Source: Dehalococcoidia bacterium
GTDB lineage: Bacteria > Chloroflexota > Dehalococcoidia > Lucifugimonadales > UBA1127
Reading direction: 5' to 3'
DNA: 64,000 nt
Assembly: GCA_965205235.1 (NCBI GenBank)
Contig: CBDBGD010000007.1
Coordinates: 258,587-322,586 of the forward strand
Positions 9,660-19,244 of the stretch are shown piece after piece. The notes beneath the pieces are model-generated. The model searched no databases and was not told the DNA's origin. It worked only from the letters and a program-made list of their open reading frames with translations. A program made the position numbers and the translations under genes. Within the stretch, counting starts at the first letter, position 1. Every line of letters begins with the position of its first letter.

Positions 9660-11135
9660 ATGTACATCGGCAAAGGCTCTCTCGTTGCCGCCCTCGTCAT
9701 CGTGGCACTGGGGCTAGTCGGCTCTGGAGCGGTTCATCTTGCCGTAAAGCTCGACCAGGCCAACGCCGACCTGCAAAGGGCACATGCAACCGTCGCCGAC
9801 CAGGAGAGCGACATCGCTGAGCTGGTCCAGTCGAACGCCCGCATGAACGATGCTCTGGCGGAGGCCAACGCCGACCTGCACTCCACTCGCACAGACCTAC
9901 GGCAGACCGCCGTGACGCTGGAGGCGTCGAGGACGGAGACCGCCAGCTTGTCCGATGCTCTGGCGCAGGCCAACGCGAACATCGATGCGATGACGGCGGA
10001 GGTTGCCACAGCCGACGCGACGGTGGCCGCGGCCAACGCGGAGGTTACCAAGGGGAAGGAGACCATAACAGCACTGGATACAGCCATCCAGCAGCGCGAC
10101 GCGAGGATAGCGAACCTGTCCGCCGAAGCCGCCGCGATGGCGGCCTCCCTGGCGGGGACGGAGGCCAGGCTGGCCCTGCTGCAACACCAACATCGCCGGC
10201 TTGAAGCCCAGCATAGCGGGCTCTCTCTAGAATACCAGTCCCTCCAAGGGAACTACGAAAGCCTAGACGCTGTCTACTACGCTAGGTATAAGCGAGACAC
10301 CGAGCAATACCGGGAGGAGCTTCTGGCTTGGTTTGAGGACTTGGCGCCCGTCCAGCGTTTGGCGCAGCCGCCGCTGGACGAGGAGCGAACCATCGTGCTC
10401 ACCCTTGGCGGCGACACCAAGCTGTCCATCACGCGAGAGGTCCCTGGCCATATCTCTACCATGGACCAGATTGAACGGTCCGTCCGTATGATCGAGGACT
10501 TCATGGGCGTGCCCTTCCCCGCGGGCCACGTGAAATTCCGTTTCCTCCCTCCTGACGAGTCTTCTCTTGGAGGACTCTTCCGCTATACGCATGCGGAGAT
10601 ATACCAAGAGGAACACGGACCTGAGGGTTCGCTCGCGCTCGGGGTCCGTGGGACCATTGCCCATGAGATGGCCCATTACTACTGGAACTCGCGCATGGCC
10701 CCACGTTGGTTGAGCGAAGGGGCCGCCGAATTCTTGCAATACATAGTCAAGGGGGAACTAAGTCCAGTCTTTCACAACAGCAGATACGTCGACCCGGAGA
10801 ACCCCTGCAAGCTCGCCGATAACATTGTGGAATTTCTGCGGCTGGCCCAACCTGCAGACCTAGACGACCACGGCAGTGATGACGAATACAGGCGCCAATA
10901 CATCAATTGCCAATACGGACTCGGCGAGCAGCTCGTCCATGCGCTCTACCATGGCACCGATGACACCACCTTTAGGGCGGCCTTTCGCGACCTATACCAC
11001 ACACTCTCCTCCGGGTCAGCACCGCCGTCGATGCGTGATGCAATCCGGACCGCCTTCGTCCCCCATTCAGACCCCGACCAGCTCGCCGCCGTCGACCGTA
11101 TCCTGGAGGAGCGCTACGGGCCAAGCTCAACCTGA
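9660..11135 (+). CDS. membrane-anchored coiled-coil protein with C-terminal HExxH (gluzincin-like) metallopeptidase domain
   Basis: N-terminal TM helix, then ~170 aa of Ala-rich heptad-like sequence, then the motif TIAHEMAHYYWNSRMAPRWLSEGAAEF (HExxH plus a downstream Glu). Confidence 0.7.
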   Translation: MYIGKGSLVAALVIVALGLVGSGAVHLAVKLDQANADLQRAHATVADQESDIAELVQSNARMNDALAEANADLHSTRTDLRQTAVTLEASRTETASLSDALAQANANIDAMTAEVATADATVAAANAEVTKGKETITALDTAIQQRDARIANLSAEAAAMAASLAGTEARLALLQHQHRRLEAQHSGLSLEYQSLQGNYESLDAVYYARYKRDTEQYREELLAWFEDLAPVQRLAQPPLDEERTIVLTLGGDTKLSITREVPGHISTMDQIERSVRMIEDFMGVPFPAGHVKFRFLPPDESSLGGLFRYTHAEIYQEEHGPEGSLALGVRGTIAHEMAHYYWNSRMAPRWLSEGAAEFLQYIVKGELSPVFHNSRYVDPENPCKLADNIVEFLRLAQPADLDDHGSDDEYRRQYINCQYGLGEQLVHALYHGTDDTTFRAAFRDLYHTLSSGSAPPSMRDAIRTAFVPHSDPDQLAAVDRILEERYGPSST

Positions 11136-11632
11136 GGAGGAAGTGCCTGCAGTTTTCATGATGCTTGGCTAACTACGACCCGTGCGGAGCCTGGGGAGCC
11201 CGGCGTGGCCAGTGTCCTGAACCTGCGGGCGCCGACCACGCGGTCAAGCCATCCTCGCCAGTGTAGCTGGCAGCCCACATCAGAGCGGCCCAGCGCCAGC
11301 GAGAAGCGCCCGAACCCTCGCCGCCCTACATGCCGGGGCGACCTGACCATCGATTAGCCATCCCCGCGTTTTCCGCGTCCGGCTCCCCGGATCCCTCGAT
11401 GTTCCCAGATCCTCGCGGCGGAGGCGCCAGCGGGAGTCCTCAGTCCGCATTCTACTTGACCACGGCAGTCTGAAACAATATTGACACACTAATTCGCTCA
11501 CAATTCCATAGTAGTGAAATGGCACTGCGGTAGGATTCGTTGGAATAGGCCTTGGGTTTCGTCGAGGCGGCACACGCTTGTCGGTCGTCCGGCGATGATA
11601 CGTGCTAGAAACATATCTCAAGAGCGAAGGGC

Positions 11633-11679
11633 TCAGGGATGCGCAAAGCGATGTTCGGTTCGAGGTTGAGGCCGATGCC
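11633..11679 (+). repeat. copy B of the ~46-nt direct repeat
   Basis: tcaggg-ATGCGCAAAGCGATGTTCGGTTCGAGGTTGAGGCCGATGCC. Its ATG is at 11639, exactly 7,500 nt from the copy A ATG at 4139. Confidence 0.7.
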
Positions 11680-12161
11680 CGCACACCGACACAGATGCCG
11701 CCATCAGGAGCCACGCCGACGCCAGAACCCACGGCCACGCATGGCTTACCGAGGCGGTGGCAAGTTCTATTTCGCAAATGTTGTCTGGCCGGACACTCAC
11801 AGCTCCGATCGGGATGAAATCCTGGTCCTTTTCCTTTGGGATTTTCAAGCGATGGCGGAACGTGACACTCTTTGGGAAGTACCAACGAGTGGCGAACATG
11901 GATACAGCCTTGGTATAGCGGCACAGTGGAGTACGATGGGGCATTTGTCGAGAAGCTCTAGGAGCACGATCACCTTGAGATACATGCCGATACTGGAGCT
12001 CTTGAAGCCGTTGCGCATCCGGAAGGCAGGGTTCGTGCCAGATTCACGTTGGACGGCTTCGCAGAAGCGTTTCAGCCTGTGCAAGCTTTCTGCGAGGCTT
12101 AGCCCAAGGCGGGTATGGGTAAGTGACTGACTCACCCCAGCGCCAAGGGAGGTTCACGGCT

Positions 12162-12230
12162 CGGCGTTCCGTCAGGGGCGGGCCGCCGGAGCTTCCTATA
12201 GTCGGGCAGGCCATCCGTCTTCGCACCGAC
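12162..12230 (+). pseudogene. cytochrome P450 N-terminal fragment (remnant)
   Basis: RRSVRGGPPELPIVGQAIRLRTD aligns with PSVRRAELPPGPSEMPVIGQAFRLKND of the intact P450 (2737-2815). Similarity stops abruptly at 12231. Confidence 0.45.
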
Positions 12231-12242
12231 GTCTACGAGCCG

Positions 12243-12698
12243 ATGCGCACCCTCATGGCCTTCGCAGCACTCGCTATAGTCGCCATGCTGACCCTTGCTG
12301 GGGGGCCTGATTATGAGGCCCTGACCCTCTCCGACTGTGAGCATGGGGATGGGTGGCTGCAGTGCATCGACGACAACTTCGGGCTCAACGACTCCACGAC
12401 CTGCGCGGAAGGCTACGACCTGGTTCCTATGCCTAATGGACTGGGCAACACCTGTGAGCGGTCGTCCACGCCTCCCGCAGCATCCGCGCCTACGCCTACT
12501 CCAGAACCAGAGACGACCCGCAAGCCTCGCAGTACGCCACAGCCGTCTACGACGACGACCTACAGCTACACTCCCTCCGGCTGCGTGAACATCATCGGCG
12601 GCGCCAACGGGACGACGCGCCTGTGTGTGCCCGAGGAGGACCTGGACTACTACCTCATGCGGAGAGGCTACAGGCTCTACACAGAGGAAGGCCAGTGA
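12243..12698 (+). CDS. small secreted Cys-containing protein with PT-rich linker
   Basis: ATG 12243 is followed by a signal-peptide-like MRTLMAFAALAIVAMLTLAGG, several Cys and a TPPAASAPTPTPEPETT linker. I recognise no family. Confidence 0.5.
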   Translation: MRTLMAFAALAIVAMLTLAGGPDYEALTLSDCEHGDGWLQCIDDNFGLNDSTTCAEGYDLVPMPNGLGNTCERSSTPPAASAPTPTPEPETTRKPRSTPQPSTTTTYSYTPSGCVNIIGGANGTTRLCVPEEDLDYYLMRRGYRLYTEEGQ

Positions 12699-12894
12699 TC
12701 GACCCTGAGCTCATCAACGTCGGGACCGTCGCCCTCCAGCAGAGCGGCATCACTCTTAGCCCAGAGCACATCGGCGCGGGGCCGGCCCAGACATCAACCG
12801 TGAGTCTCTGGCCAGGAATCACCGAAGCTTCGAACGCGGAGACACTTCATTCAAGCAGCTCCGCCGGCTTGGGGAACGGCGTCGTAGCCTGGGA

Positions 12895-14109
12895 ATGGGA
12901 AGAATGAAACCCGAGGAAACAGCGGGTCTGCCGGCGAACACGCCGACCGACTATGTGTCGGGCTACAAGAAGGCGTACGCCATAGCTCCGGAAATGGCGT
13001 CCAACTACATCGCCCACACACTCATCGGCGACCCGCTGGGCGAGGCGATGGTGGAAGATCTAGCGCAGATTGACCGAGAAGACGCATCCAGATTCATCGA
13101 GATTGGCATGAACGACACCAGCGGTCAGGAGTTGAAGGGCGCATTAGCCTCGCTGCGAGAGTTCTTCAAGGCCTCGGAAACCCCGCCAGATTGGCTCGAC
13201 TACAAGTCGTTCGAAAAGGGCGTCCGCATGTTTCACAGGAACTCATACACGGTCCTGATGGCGTTTGTGGCCGGCGTCCTGATCGAGGGTCTTGCGACGA
13301 ATATCGCCAAGTCTTTCATGCTCACAGGACGGGTGCGTGACAGGGGCGTCAGGCGGTTGGGTCAAAACATCCGGCACATGACGGAGGTTTTCCTGCCCGG
13401 AGGCCTACACAGAGACGGGGACGGTTGGAAGCTGTCGGTACGTATTAGGATCATTCATGCGCAACTGAGGCGCCTTCTCAGAGACTCTGGGGAGTGGGAT
13501 GCCGCAGAATGGGGAACGCCGATTAGCTCCGCACATCTGGGTTTCGCCATCGCTGCGTTTTCGGCGAGGCTGCTGAAACACATGAAGACGCTAGGAGCCA
13601 GCTACAACGAGGAAGAGTACAAGAGCTTCATGGATGTGTGGCGCTATACCGGGCATTTGATGGGCATTCCCGAAACTATCCTATTCCGGGATGGAAAGGA
13701 AGCCCTGAAGCTATACGACGTTGGCATTGCGTGTGAGCCCGACCCCAGCCTCGAATCTAAGGCGATGACCAACTCTTTGATCAACTCAGCACCGTTGATC
13801 GCGGGATCGGCCACTCCTGAAGAACGCCGAACCCTGGCGAGGTACGTGTACCGCATCTCCAGCGGACTTATCGGAAAACAGACGGCGGACTCCCTGGAAT
13901 ACCCAGAGGTGTCCGTCTTTGGAGTCGTCTGGTGGCTCCGAATGCAGACGCGTCTTGACCGCGTGCTGAGCAAGGTGGTTCCCGGTCATCGGGCAAGTAG
14001 CAGCTTCAACAGATTCGGGAACTTGCTCGCAGGTTCCACCTTCGATGATAGGGGAATCAACTACCGATTGCCTGACAGTGTCTACGCCGAGGAGTCCGAG
14101 GAGTGGTGA
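12895..14109 (+). CDS. MpaB-family oxygenase-like protein (DUF2236)
   Basis: Size and overall sequence pattern fit, including the RIRIIHAQLRRLL segment and EEEYKSFMDVWRYTGHLMGIPE. The match is from recall only. Confidence 0.55.
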   Translation: MGRMKPEETAGLPANTPTDYVSGYKKAYAIAPEMASNYIAHTLIGDPLGEAMVEDLAQIDREDASRFIEIGMNDTSGQELKGALASLREFFKASETPPDWLDYKSFEKGVRMFHRNSYTVLMAFVAGVLIEGLATNIAKSFMLTGRVRDRGVRRLGQNIRHMTEVFLPGGLHRDGDGWKLSVRIRIIHAQLRRLLRDSGEWDAAEWGTPISSAHLGFAIAAFSARLLKHMKTLGASYNEEEYKSFMDVWRYTGHLMGIPETILFRDGKEALKLYDVGIACEPDPSLESKAMTNSLINSAPLIAGSATPEERRTLARYVYRISSGLIGKQTADSLEYPEVSVFGVVWWLRMQTRLDRVLSKVVPGHRASSSFNRFGNLLAGSTFDDRGINYRLPDSVYAEESEEW

Positions 14110-14171
14110 AGCCGAGCTGCCCAGTAGCCAGACCAGGCCCCTCACCCTATCGTGGATTCCAACTGAAGACG

Positions 14172-14372
14172 ATGGAGTTGATTTGGCCTGTGACCATCCT
14201 GGCCGCGCTTCTTCTGCTGTCTATGCTGGTGGCCTGCAGCTCGGAGAAGGGAACCGGAGACTCCGAGGAGCGCTCCACCCTGTCTGGTTCGTCCGCGGCC
14301 GCGCTGGAGGGAGAGTGGTCCAGAGCACCAGTACTGCTCAAGCTGTGTCGCCGCAGTAGAGTTCCACCGTGA
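14172..14372 (+). CDS. possible small lipoprotein
   Basis: MELIWPVTILAALLLLSMLVAC with a lipobox. It is short and has no other support. Confidence 0.3.
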   Translation: MELIWPVTILAALLLLSMLVACSSEKGTGDSEERSTLSGSSAAALEGEWSRAPVLLKLCRRSRVPP

Positions 14373-14419
14373 GGCCACGGCAACCCGAGCTAACAGTGAG
14401 TCAGGACTAAACCGAGCAT

Positions 14420-16249
14420 ATGACAACCAACTCCTCGACGTCCGGATCCCAAGGGCACAATGCGCAAAGCGCATGGCTCATGCTTCTCGCCGCCGCAGGC
14501 TACTCGTTCATCCCCCTAGCGGTGATGCTGTCCGGGAGCAGCGATACTCCGTTCCTGTTCGGCGCCGGTTGGCGCAGCGGCATTGCGGTCGCCTACACGG
14601 TCTTCCTAGCGGCGCTCTTCCCCGGGCTCTTCTTCAATCTCGCTGTATGGAAAATTGTGGCCCGCAGGGTGTTCAGCCCCAACATCCTGCTGGTCATGTT
14701 CGCGTACTTCGATGTGGTCCTCTTCGCCATGTCCATCAGGCACCTGGACGTTGCCGTCGCAACGATGATGATGGAGCTAACTCCTATCCTCTACTTGCTG
14801 GTTCTGTGGTTCTCCCATCGGGATGCGATGGGCAACCCGGCGGTCGCACGGGTCCGGCCTGCCACGGTCTTCTTCATGCTGATGGGCCTGACCGGCATCA
14901 CCTTCATCATTCTCAGCCAGGAAGGCGCCAAGGGGTTCCTGACCGGTTCCGCGAGTTCGCTGATCTACCTGGGGCTGCTGCTGGCCGGCGCTTCGGCCTT
15001 CATAACCACGCTGAACGGATTCAGCCTCAAGTGGGGGGCCGCACTGACCGCGAAACTGGCTGAGCACGAGACAACGTCCGCCGGGTACTCCAGGGAGTCC
15101 ATCAATCTGTTCAGCGCAACGGCGGGCGGACTTATTGCAGCTACGGCGGTCATCCCCATTCAGCTGCTGATCGGGCTGAATGCCGGCGAGAGCATGCCCA
15201 CCAACGTGTTTCTGCTGATCATGCTCGGAGCGGCGTTCAGCCACCCCATCGCCGGCATTGCCTGGAGGAAGGCGCTCCTGACGACGCACGATCTGAGTAT
15301 CAACGCCATCGACCACGTCCGGCCCATCCTCAGCCTGCTATGGCTGTTGCCCTTCTCCTTTGTCGTGGTCCAGGGCGACTATCTCATCATCGGCACCGCG
15401 GCCCTCATAACGGCGAACCTGCTCATAGGCTTCGAGGCCGAGATCCGGTGGGGCTTCAAGTCCTTGATCCTCGCGCTGGGAGCCTGCGGCACCTTCGTCT
15501 ATTTTCGGGACGACATCTATGCTTTCGTGGGTATCGGTGAATCGGAGTGGGTCGTAGGCGCCTATTTCACGTGGATTGCGCTCTCCGCAACCATCTTCAC
15601 GCTGTTGCTGGCCTTCCGGGTGGCATCCCTGGTCTCGCGCACAAACTCCGAGGAGGCATACGCCTTCAGTGTCTTCCGAAAGCTGGACCGGCTGGCCCAG
15701 GAAGGAGTCATCAACAGCAACGTGCGCGAATACGCTGCGCGCGTCGACGCTCCTCAGAGCCAGACCGACCTCAAGGAGGCATACACGGAGCTACGAGGGT
15801 ACATCGCCAGGGCGCGTCCCAAGGACTGGGAGGCGCGTCAGATGTTGAGCGAGGCTGAAGCCCAACTGGACACGCTGGTGCGGTCCAAGCAGCTAGGGGT
15901 AATCCTGGGCGAGCTCTTCGCTCTGGTGATCTTCGCTGGGATGACCATCGTCGTAGCTCTGCTCCTTCGCCCGGACGAGAGCTTGGCGTACACCCGGTTC
16001 TTTGTAGACGTCTTTGCCATGCTCATCTCCGCCGTCGTCATCTTTCTGACTGTCAACGTTTGGGACCTCTATCACGAGCGAGCCGTCAGGCAGGTGAGGG
16101 AGAGAGCAGAGTACGGCGACTATGTGGTCAGTTTCCCGGACACCGAGCGGCCCATGGCCGACCTGTGGCTATCCGTTGTGGTCGGTATCGGTATGCTCGC
16201 CACCTATTCGGGACTGCTTGCACACAAATGGCTGGGGCTGTTCGCCTGA
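14420..16249 (+). CDS. polytopic membrane protein, DMT/EamA-like N-terminal half plus extra soluble and 3-TM C-terminal region
   Basis: About 10 hydrophobic helices, then a charged ~90-aa segment, then three more helices. Confidence 0.6.
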   Translation: MTTNSSTSGSQGHNAQSAWLMLLAAAGYSFIPLAVMLSGSSDTPFLFGAGWRSGIAVAYTVFLAALFPGLFFNLAVWKIVARRVFSPNILLVMFAYFDVVLFAMSIRHLDVAVATMMMELTPILYLLVLWFSHRDAMGNPAVARVRPATVFFMLMGLTGITFIILSQEGAKGFLTGSASSLIYLGLLLAGASAFITTLNGFSLKWGAALTAKLAEHETTSAGYSRESINLFSATAGGLIAATAVIPIQLLIGLNAGESMPTNVFLLIMLGAAFSHPIAGIAWRKALLTTHDLSINAIDHVRPILSLLWLLPFSFVVVQGDYLIIGTAALITANLLIGFEAEIRWGFKSLILALGACGTFVYFRDDIYAFVGIGESEWVVGAYFTWIALSATIFTLLLAFRVASLVSRTNSEEAYAFSVFRKLDRLAQEGVINSNVREYAARVDAPQSQTDLKEAYTELRGYIARARPKDWEARQMLSEAEAQLDTLVRSKQLGVILGELFALVIFAGMTIVVALLLRPDESLAYTRFFVDVFAMLISAVVIFLTVNVWDLYHERAVRQVRERAEYGDYVVSFPDTERPMADLWLSVVVGIGMLATYSGLLAHKWLGLFA

Positions 16250-16270
16250 GAGGAGGAGTGGTGGGATAGC

Positions 16271-17191
16271 TCAGTGACACACAGTCTCAACATCGCTGGG
16301 AGCCAGCACCGACAGACAGCTTGGCACTACCTCAATGGCGGCCGGTAGCTGGACCAATCGCTCTCCGTCTGCCCAGAGCCACAAGGGTTCGGGCGAGTCA
16401 ATCTCCAGCCGACGAACCCGGTGCATCGACACCTTGGCATGGCTGCTATGGCCCCCCTTGAAGACACGCGGTAGCATCAGGACGACTTCAACGCGACGCA
16501 CCGACTTGACCAAGCACAAGTCCAGCCACCCGTCAGCCATGTCGGCCTGAGGGAGCACTCTCATGCCGCCTCCGTAATAGGGCGCATTGCCGGTTGCGGC
16601 GAGGAAGATCGGGCCCTGATACTCCCCGAAGTCCCCCTTCAGGGTCACCATGACGTCGCGATAGCGAAAGAGCTTGACCAACACGGCATACAAGTAGGCG
16701 ATGGTGCCCTTGAGAAACCCAGGGTGCCTACCTTCATCCACGTAGGCGCTCACCTCGGCATCGAATCCCAGAGACGATACTATGGAGAAGTAGCGTCCGC
16801 CGGCGCGACCCAGGTCTACGGTGCGACGACTGCCTGCACGTATCACCTCGATAGCCTGCATCGGGTTGCGGCGTGGGATACCAAGAGCAAGGGCCAGGTC
16901 ATTGCATCGTCCCATAGGTAGCAGGCCTAGGATGGGAGGCTGACGACCGGAAGCACCGTGCATCAGCCCGTTTAGAGTCTGATGCACGGTGCCATCGCCG
17001 CCACAGGCCACTACCCCGTCAATTCCCTCGGTGGCGGCTTTCCGCGCCCACGTTTCTGCACTGGAGCTTCCCTCGGTGAAAGAAAGCTCAACTTTATCGC
17101 CCTGTGCTCTCAGGGCTTCAGCCAACCGGGGCGCCCACAGTCTCGTATCACCCGTGCCCGCTACCGGGTTGGCGATGATGTGCCAGCGCAT
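16271..17191 (-). CDS. diacylglycerol kinase-family lipid kinase (YegS/BmrU type)
   Basis: Motifs IIANPVAGTG and ACGGDGTVHQTLNGL are present and the length is ~300 aa. Confidence 0.85.
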   Translation of the reverse strand: MRWHIIANPVAGTGDTRLWAPRLAEALRAQGDKVELSFTEGSSSAETWARKAATEGIDGVVACGGDGTVHQTLNGLMHGASGRQPPILGLLPMGRCNDLALALGIPRRNPMQAIEVIRAGSRRTVDLGRAGGRYFSIVSSLGFDAEVSAYVDEGRHPGFLKGTIAYLYAVLVKLFRYRDVMVTLKGDFGEYQGPIFLAATGNAPYYGGGMRVLPQADMADGWLDLCLVKSVRRVEVVLMLPRVFKGGHSSHAKVSMHRVRRLEIDSPEPLWLWADGERLVQLPAAIEVVPSCLSVLAPSDVETVCH

Positions 17192-17603
17192 CCTAGCTGA
17201 CGTCAGCCGTAGAGATGGCCTGCCAGTGGAAGACGGCCTTGACCTGGAGTTTCTCGGAGGCTTGCAGTCGATGTCCTCGTTCCAACTCGGTCATGCAAGT
17301 GAACGGCTATTTCCCGTAACCGCGAGAGCCTCGCACTTGGGCCAAAGGCGGAAATCCGGGAGCCTTAGTCATGCTGTTTCGTGCTCAAAATCAGGACAGT
17401 TCGTAGGTTGAACAATACGCAACCATTATTGCAGATGAATACAATCCGATGCGACCATGCGGGTTTCCCTCCCTCAACTGCCTATAACGAGACGACCGAG
17501 CATAGAGTTCTCAGGGCGGTCGGCTTCGGTTTGAGGACGAGTGCATAGTCGAGCTGGCTAGACGCCAAGTACCCGGAAGAATGGCATCCGCCAGAGTTCT
17601 GCC

Positions 17604-17927
17604 TTACTGGCGTGGGAGCGGATCGCCACAGACTTCGTCCTTGCATATTCTCCCGACCCTTGAATCCGGGTGGTCCCCGACTGCTGGGAGCAGAATGTGC
17701 AAATGCCCTATTTCGGCAGCGAGGCTAAACAGAGCGACAAGGTGGCCCGGGTCAGGCTTCGTCCCATTCCGCCAGCGCCGGAGCATGCGGTTGTCCACCC
17801 GCAGGCGTCGAGCCAGCCCTCTCGAAGACAGCCTCGCGGCATCCCTGAAACGCTCCAGGCGGTCAGGGAAGTCCGGGGGAAACTGCGATGGTTCTACATG
17901 ATAAACCCACTGCTGTCTGCGACCCAT
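17604..17927 (-). CDS. HTH domain protein, paralog of 18052-18342
   Basis: FPPDFPDRLERFRDAARLSSRGLARRLRVDNRMLRRWRNG aligns with the neighbouring FPPGVALLPEDFAERLTVIKEITGLSWAGMATCLGVDSRQVLRWRRG. Confidence 0.55.
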   Translation of the reverse strand: MGRRQQWVYHVEPSQFPPDFPDRLERFRDAARLSSRGLARRLRVDNRMLRRWRNGTKPDPGHLVALFSLAAEIGHLHILLPAVGDHPDSRVGRICKDEVCGDPLPRQ

Positions 17928-18051
17928 GTCGCTACTCCACACCCTGATGAGCCAGGTCCCTGTGCACTCCAAGGCACCTGGCTGCCTCGAAGGCTCTTCG
18001 GGCGTCCTTCGAGGCCACGCCCCCTTCCCGCATCCGACGCTCCACTGGCTT

Positions 18052-18342
18052 CTAGCTGCGGCTTCGGTAGACGACGATCCGGTCCTCGTTTAGGAGAGCT
18101 GACAGGCCCTCAGGCACGCGTGTCGCCAGGTCCACCAGCGCCAGCATCGCTCCACCATTGGGCCACTCGCCACGGCGCCACCGGAGGACCTGCCGACTGT
18201 CTACCCCGAGGCACGTTGCCATCCCTGCCCAGGAGAGTCCGGTGATCTCCTTGATGACGGTGAGACGCTCGGCAAAGTCTTCTGGCAGAAGCGCCACACC
18301 GGGCGGGAACAGATGGGGAGAAGGAGGGCGCCCGCTACGCAT
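18052..18342 (-). CDS. HTH domain protein
   Basis: Its start overlaps the XRE gene stop by 8 nt. It has an HTH-like core. Confidence 0.55.
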   Translation of the reverse strand: MRSGRPPSPHLFPPGVALLPEDFAERLTVIKEITGLSWAGMATCLGVDSRQVLRWRRGEWPNGGAMLALVDLATRVPEGLSALLNEDRIVVYRSRS

Positions 18343-18583
18343 CGTTGCTCACCACGACGAACAACTCCTCAAACTCGGTGCAGTGCAGCGCTTCCATGAG
18401 ACGTCTTCGCATGGACGGAGACGGGTATCGCCTTCCGTTGATGAGGCGGGAGAGGTGACCGGAGGAGATGCCCAAGAGACGGGCCAAGTCGTTCTGGGTC
18501 ATATTGAGGCGTTGGAGGGGATGCCAGACCGCCTCGGCCTTCAGTCTTACTCTCTGGGCAGAGCGTCGACGGGGCATCATCAC
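18335..18583 (-). CDS. XRE-family transcriptional regulator
   Basis: NMTQNDLARLLGISSGHLSRLINGRR is a classic HTH_3 pattern. Confidence 0.75.
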   Translation of the reverse strand: MMMPRRRSAQRVRLKAEAVWHPLQRLNMTQNDLARLLGISSGHLSRLINGRRYPSPSMRRRLMEALHCTEFEELFVVVSNDA

Positions 18584-18857
18584 CCTCCTTCAGCTGCCGC
18601 ACGGGACCGACCACTTCCGAATGCCAGGCCGCATCTCCATAGAGCAGTGGCACCACGGGAATACACCGCCTTAGAGATAGAACGGATATTCTGTAATGCG
18701 GGAGTCTAACAGCAATGCATGTTTCAGCGCAACATGACAGAGGCATTGACTACTGTTCCCCTTGACTAAGTGCTTCCTCGAATGTAACAATTCGTGACCA
18801 ACTGTTGACCTCGAAAGACTGGGGCGCGTGGGCACAGCATTTCGCGGAGAGTTCACG

Positions 18858-19244
18858 ATGGATGAAGAGATCGGGGTGATGCTCAGACGGCTCCGGGGCG
18901 GGACCAGTCTCCGGGCGGTCCAGCGGTTGACGGGCATCTCCAACGCATACCTATCTCAGGTCGAGAAAGGCATCCGCCAGCCGGGGCCGAAGCTGCTCAG
19001 ACGACTGGCAGCGCTCTACAGAGTCGGCGTCCAAGAACTGTTCAGGAAAGCTGGATACCTGGAGAGAGAGGGGGAGGAACCGGCAGTAGATGAGGCAACG
19101 GAGGTGGAACGGGCCTACCAGTACGTGCTGTCGGATCCGGTGTTCCGGGTGGGGACTCGGCCCCGAGGCCCCCTCTCCGTCGAGTCCAAGCGTTTCATCG
19201 TGGAGCTTTACCAGCGATACAGCGGAAAGCGTCTCCTGGCATGA
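18858..19244 (+). CDS. XRE-family transcriptional regulator
   Basis: SLRAVQRLTGISNAYLSQVEKGIRQP. GGAGAG lies 6 nt before ATG 18858. The stop overlaps the next start (ATGA). Confidence 0.8.
   Translation: MDEEIGVMLRRLRGGTSLRAVQRLTGISNAYLSQVEKGIRQPGPKLLRRLAALYRVGVQELFRKAGYLEREGEEPAVDEATEVERAYQYVLSDPVFRVGTRPRGPLSVESKRFIVELYQRYSGKRLLA

Noticed and set aside
4139-11679. Possibility that the 41-nt repeat pair is a DGR template/variable repeat pair
   Set aside because: The five mismatches are C/G, G/A, C/T, C/T and A/G rather than adenine-specific. The repeat is short, and no reverse transcriptase gene is present.
11633-12135. Reverse-transcriptase-like string on the minus strand (YFPKSVTFRHRLKIPKEKDQDFIPIGAVSVRPDN) suggesting a group II intron or retron remnant
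   Set aside because: The only resemblance is a loose Y.P...IPK....G.. pattern. Downstream RT motifs (DR..Q, YADD) are absent in every frame. This is too weak to call.
17193-17294. 33-aa minus-strand ORF (MTELERGHRLQASEKLQVKAVFHWQAISTADVS) ending 1 nt before the lipid-kinase start
   Set aside because: The arrangement is plausibly coupled, but there is no SD, no motif and it is very short, so it is not reported as a feature.
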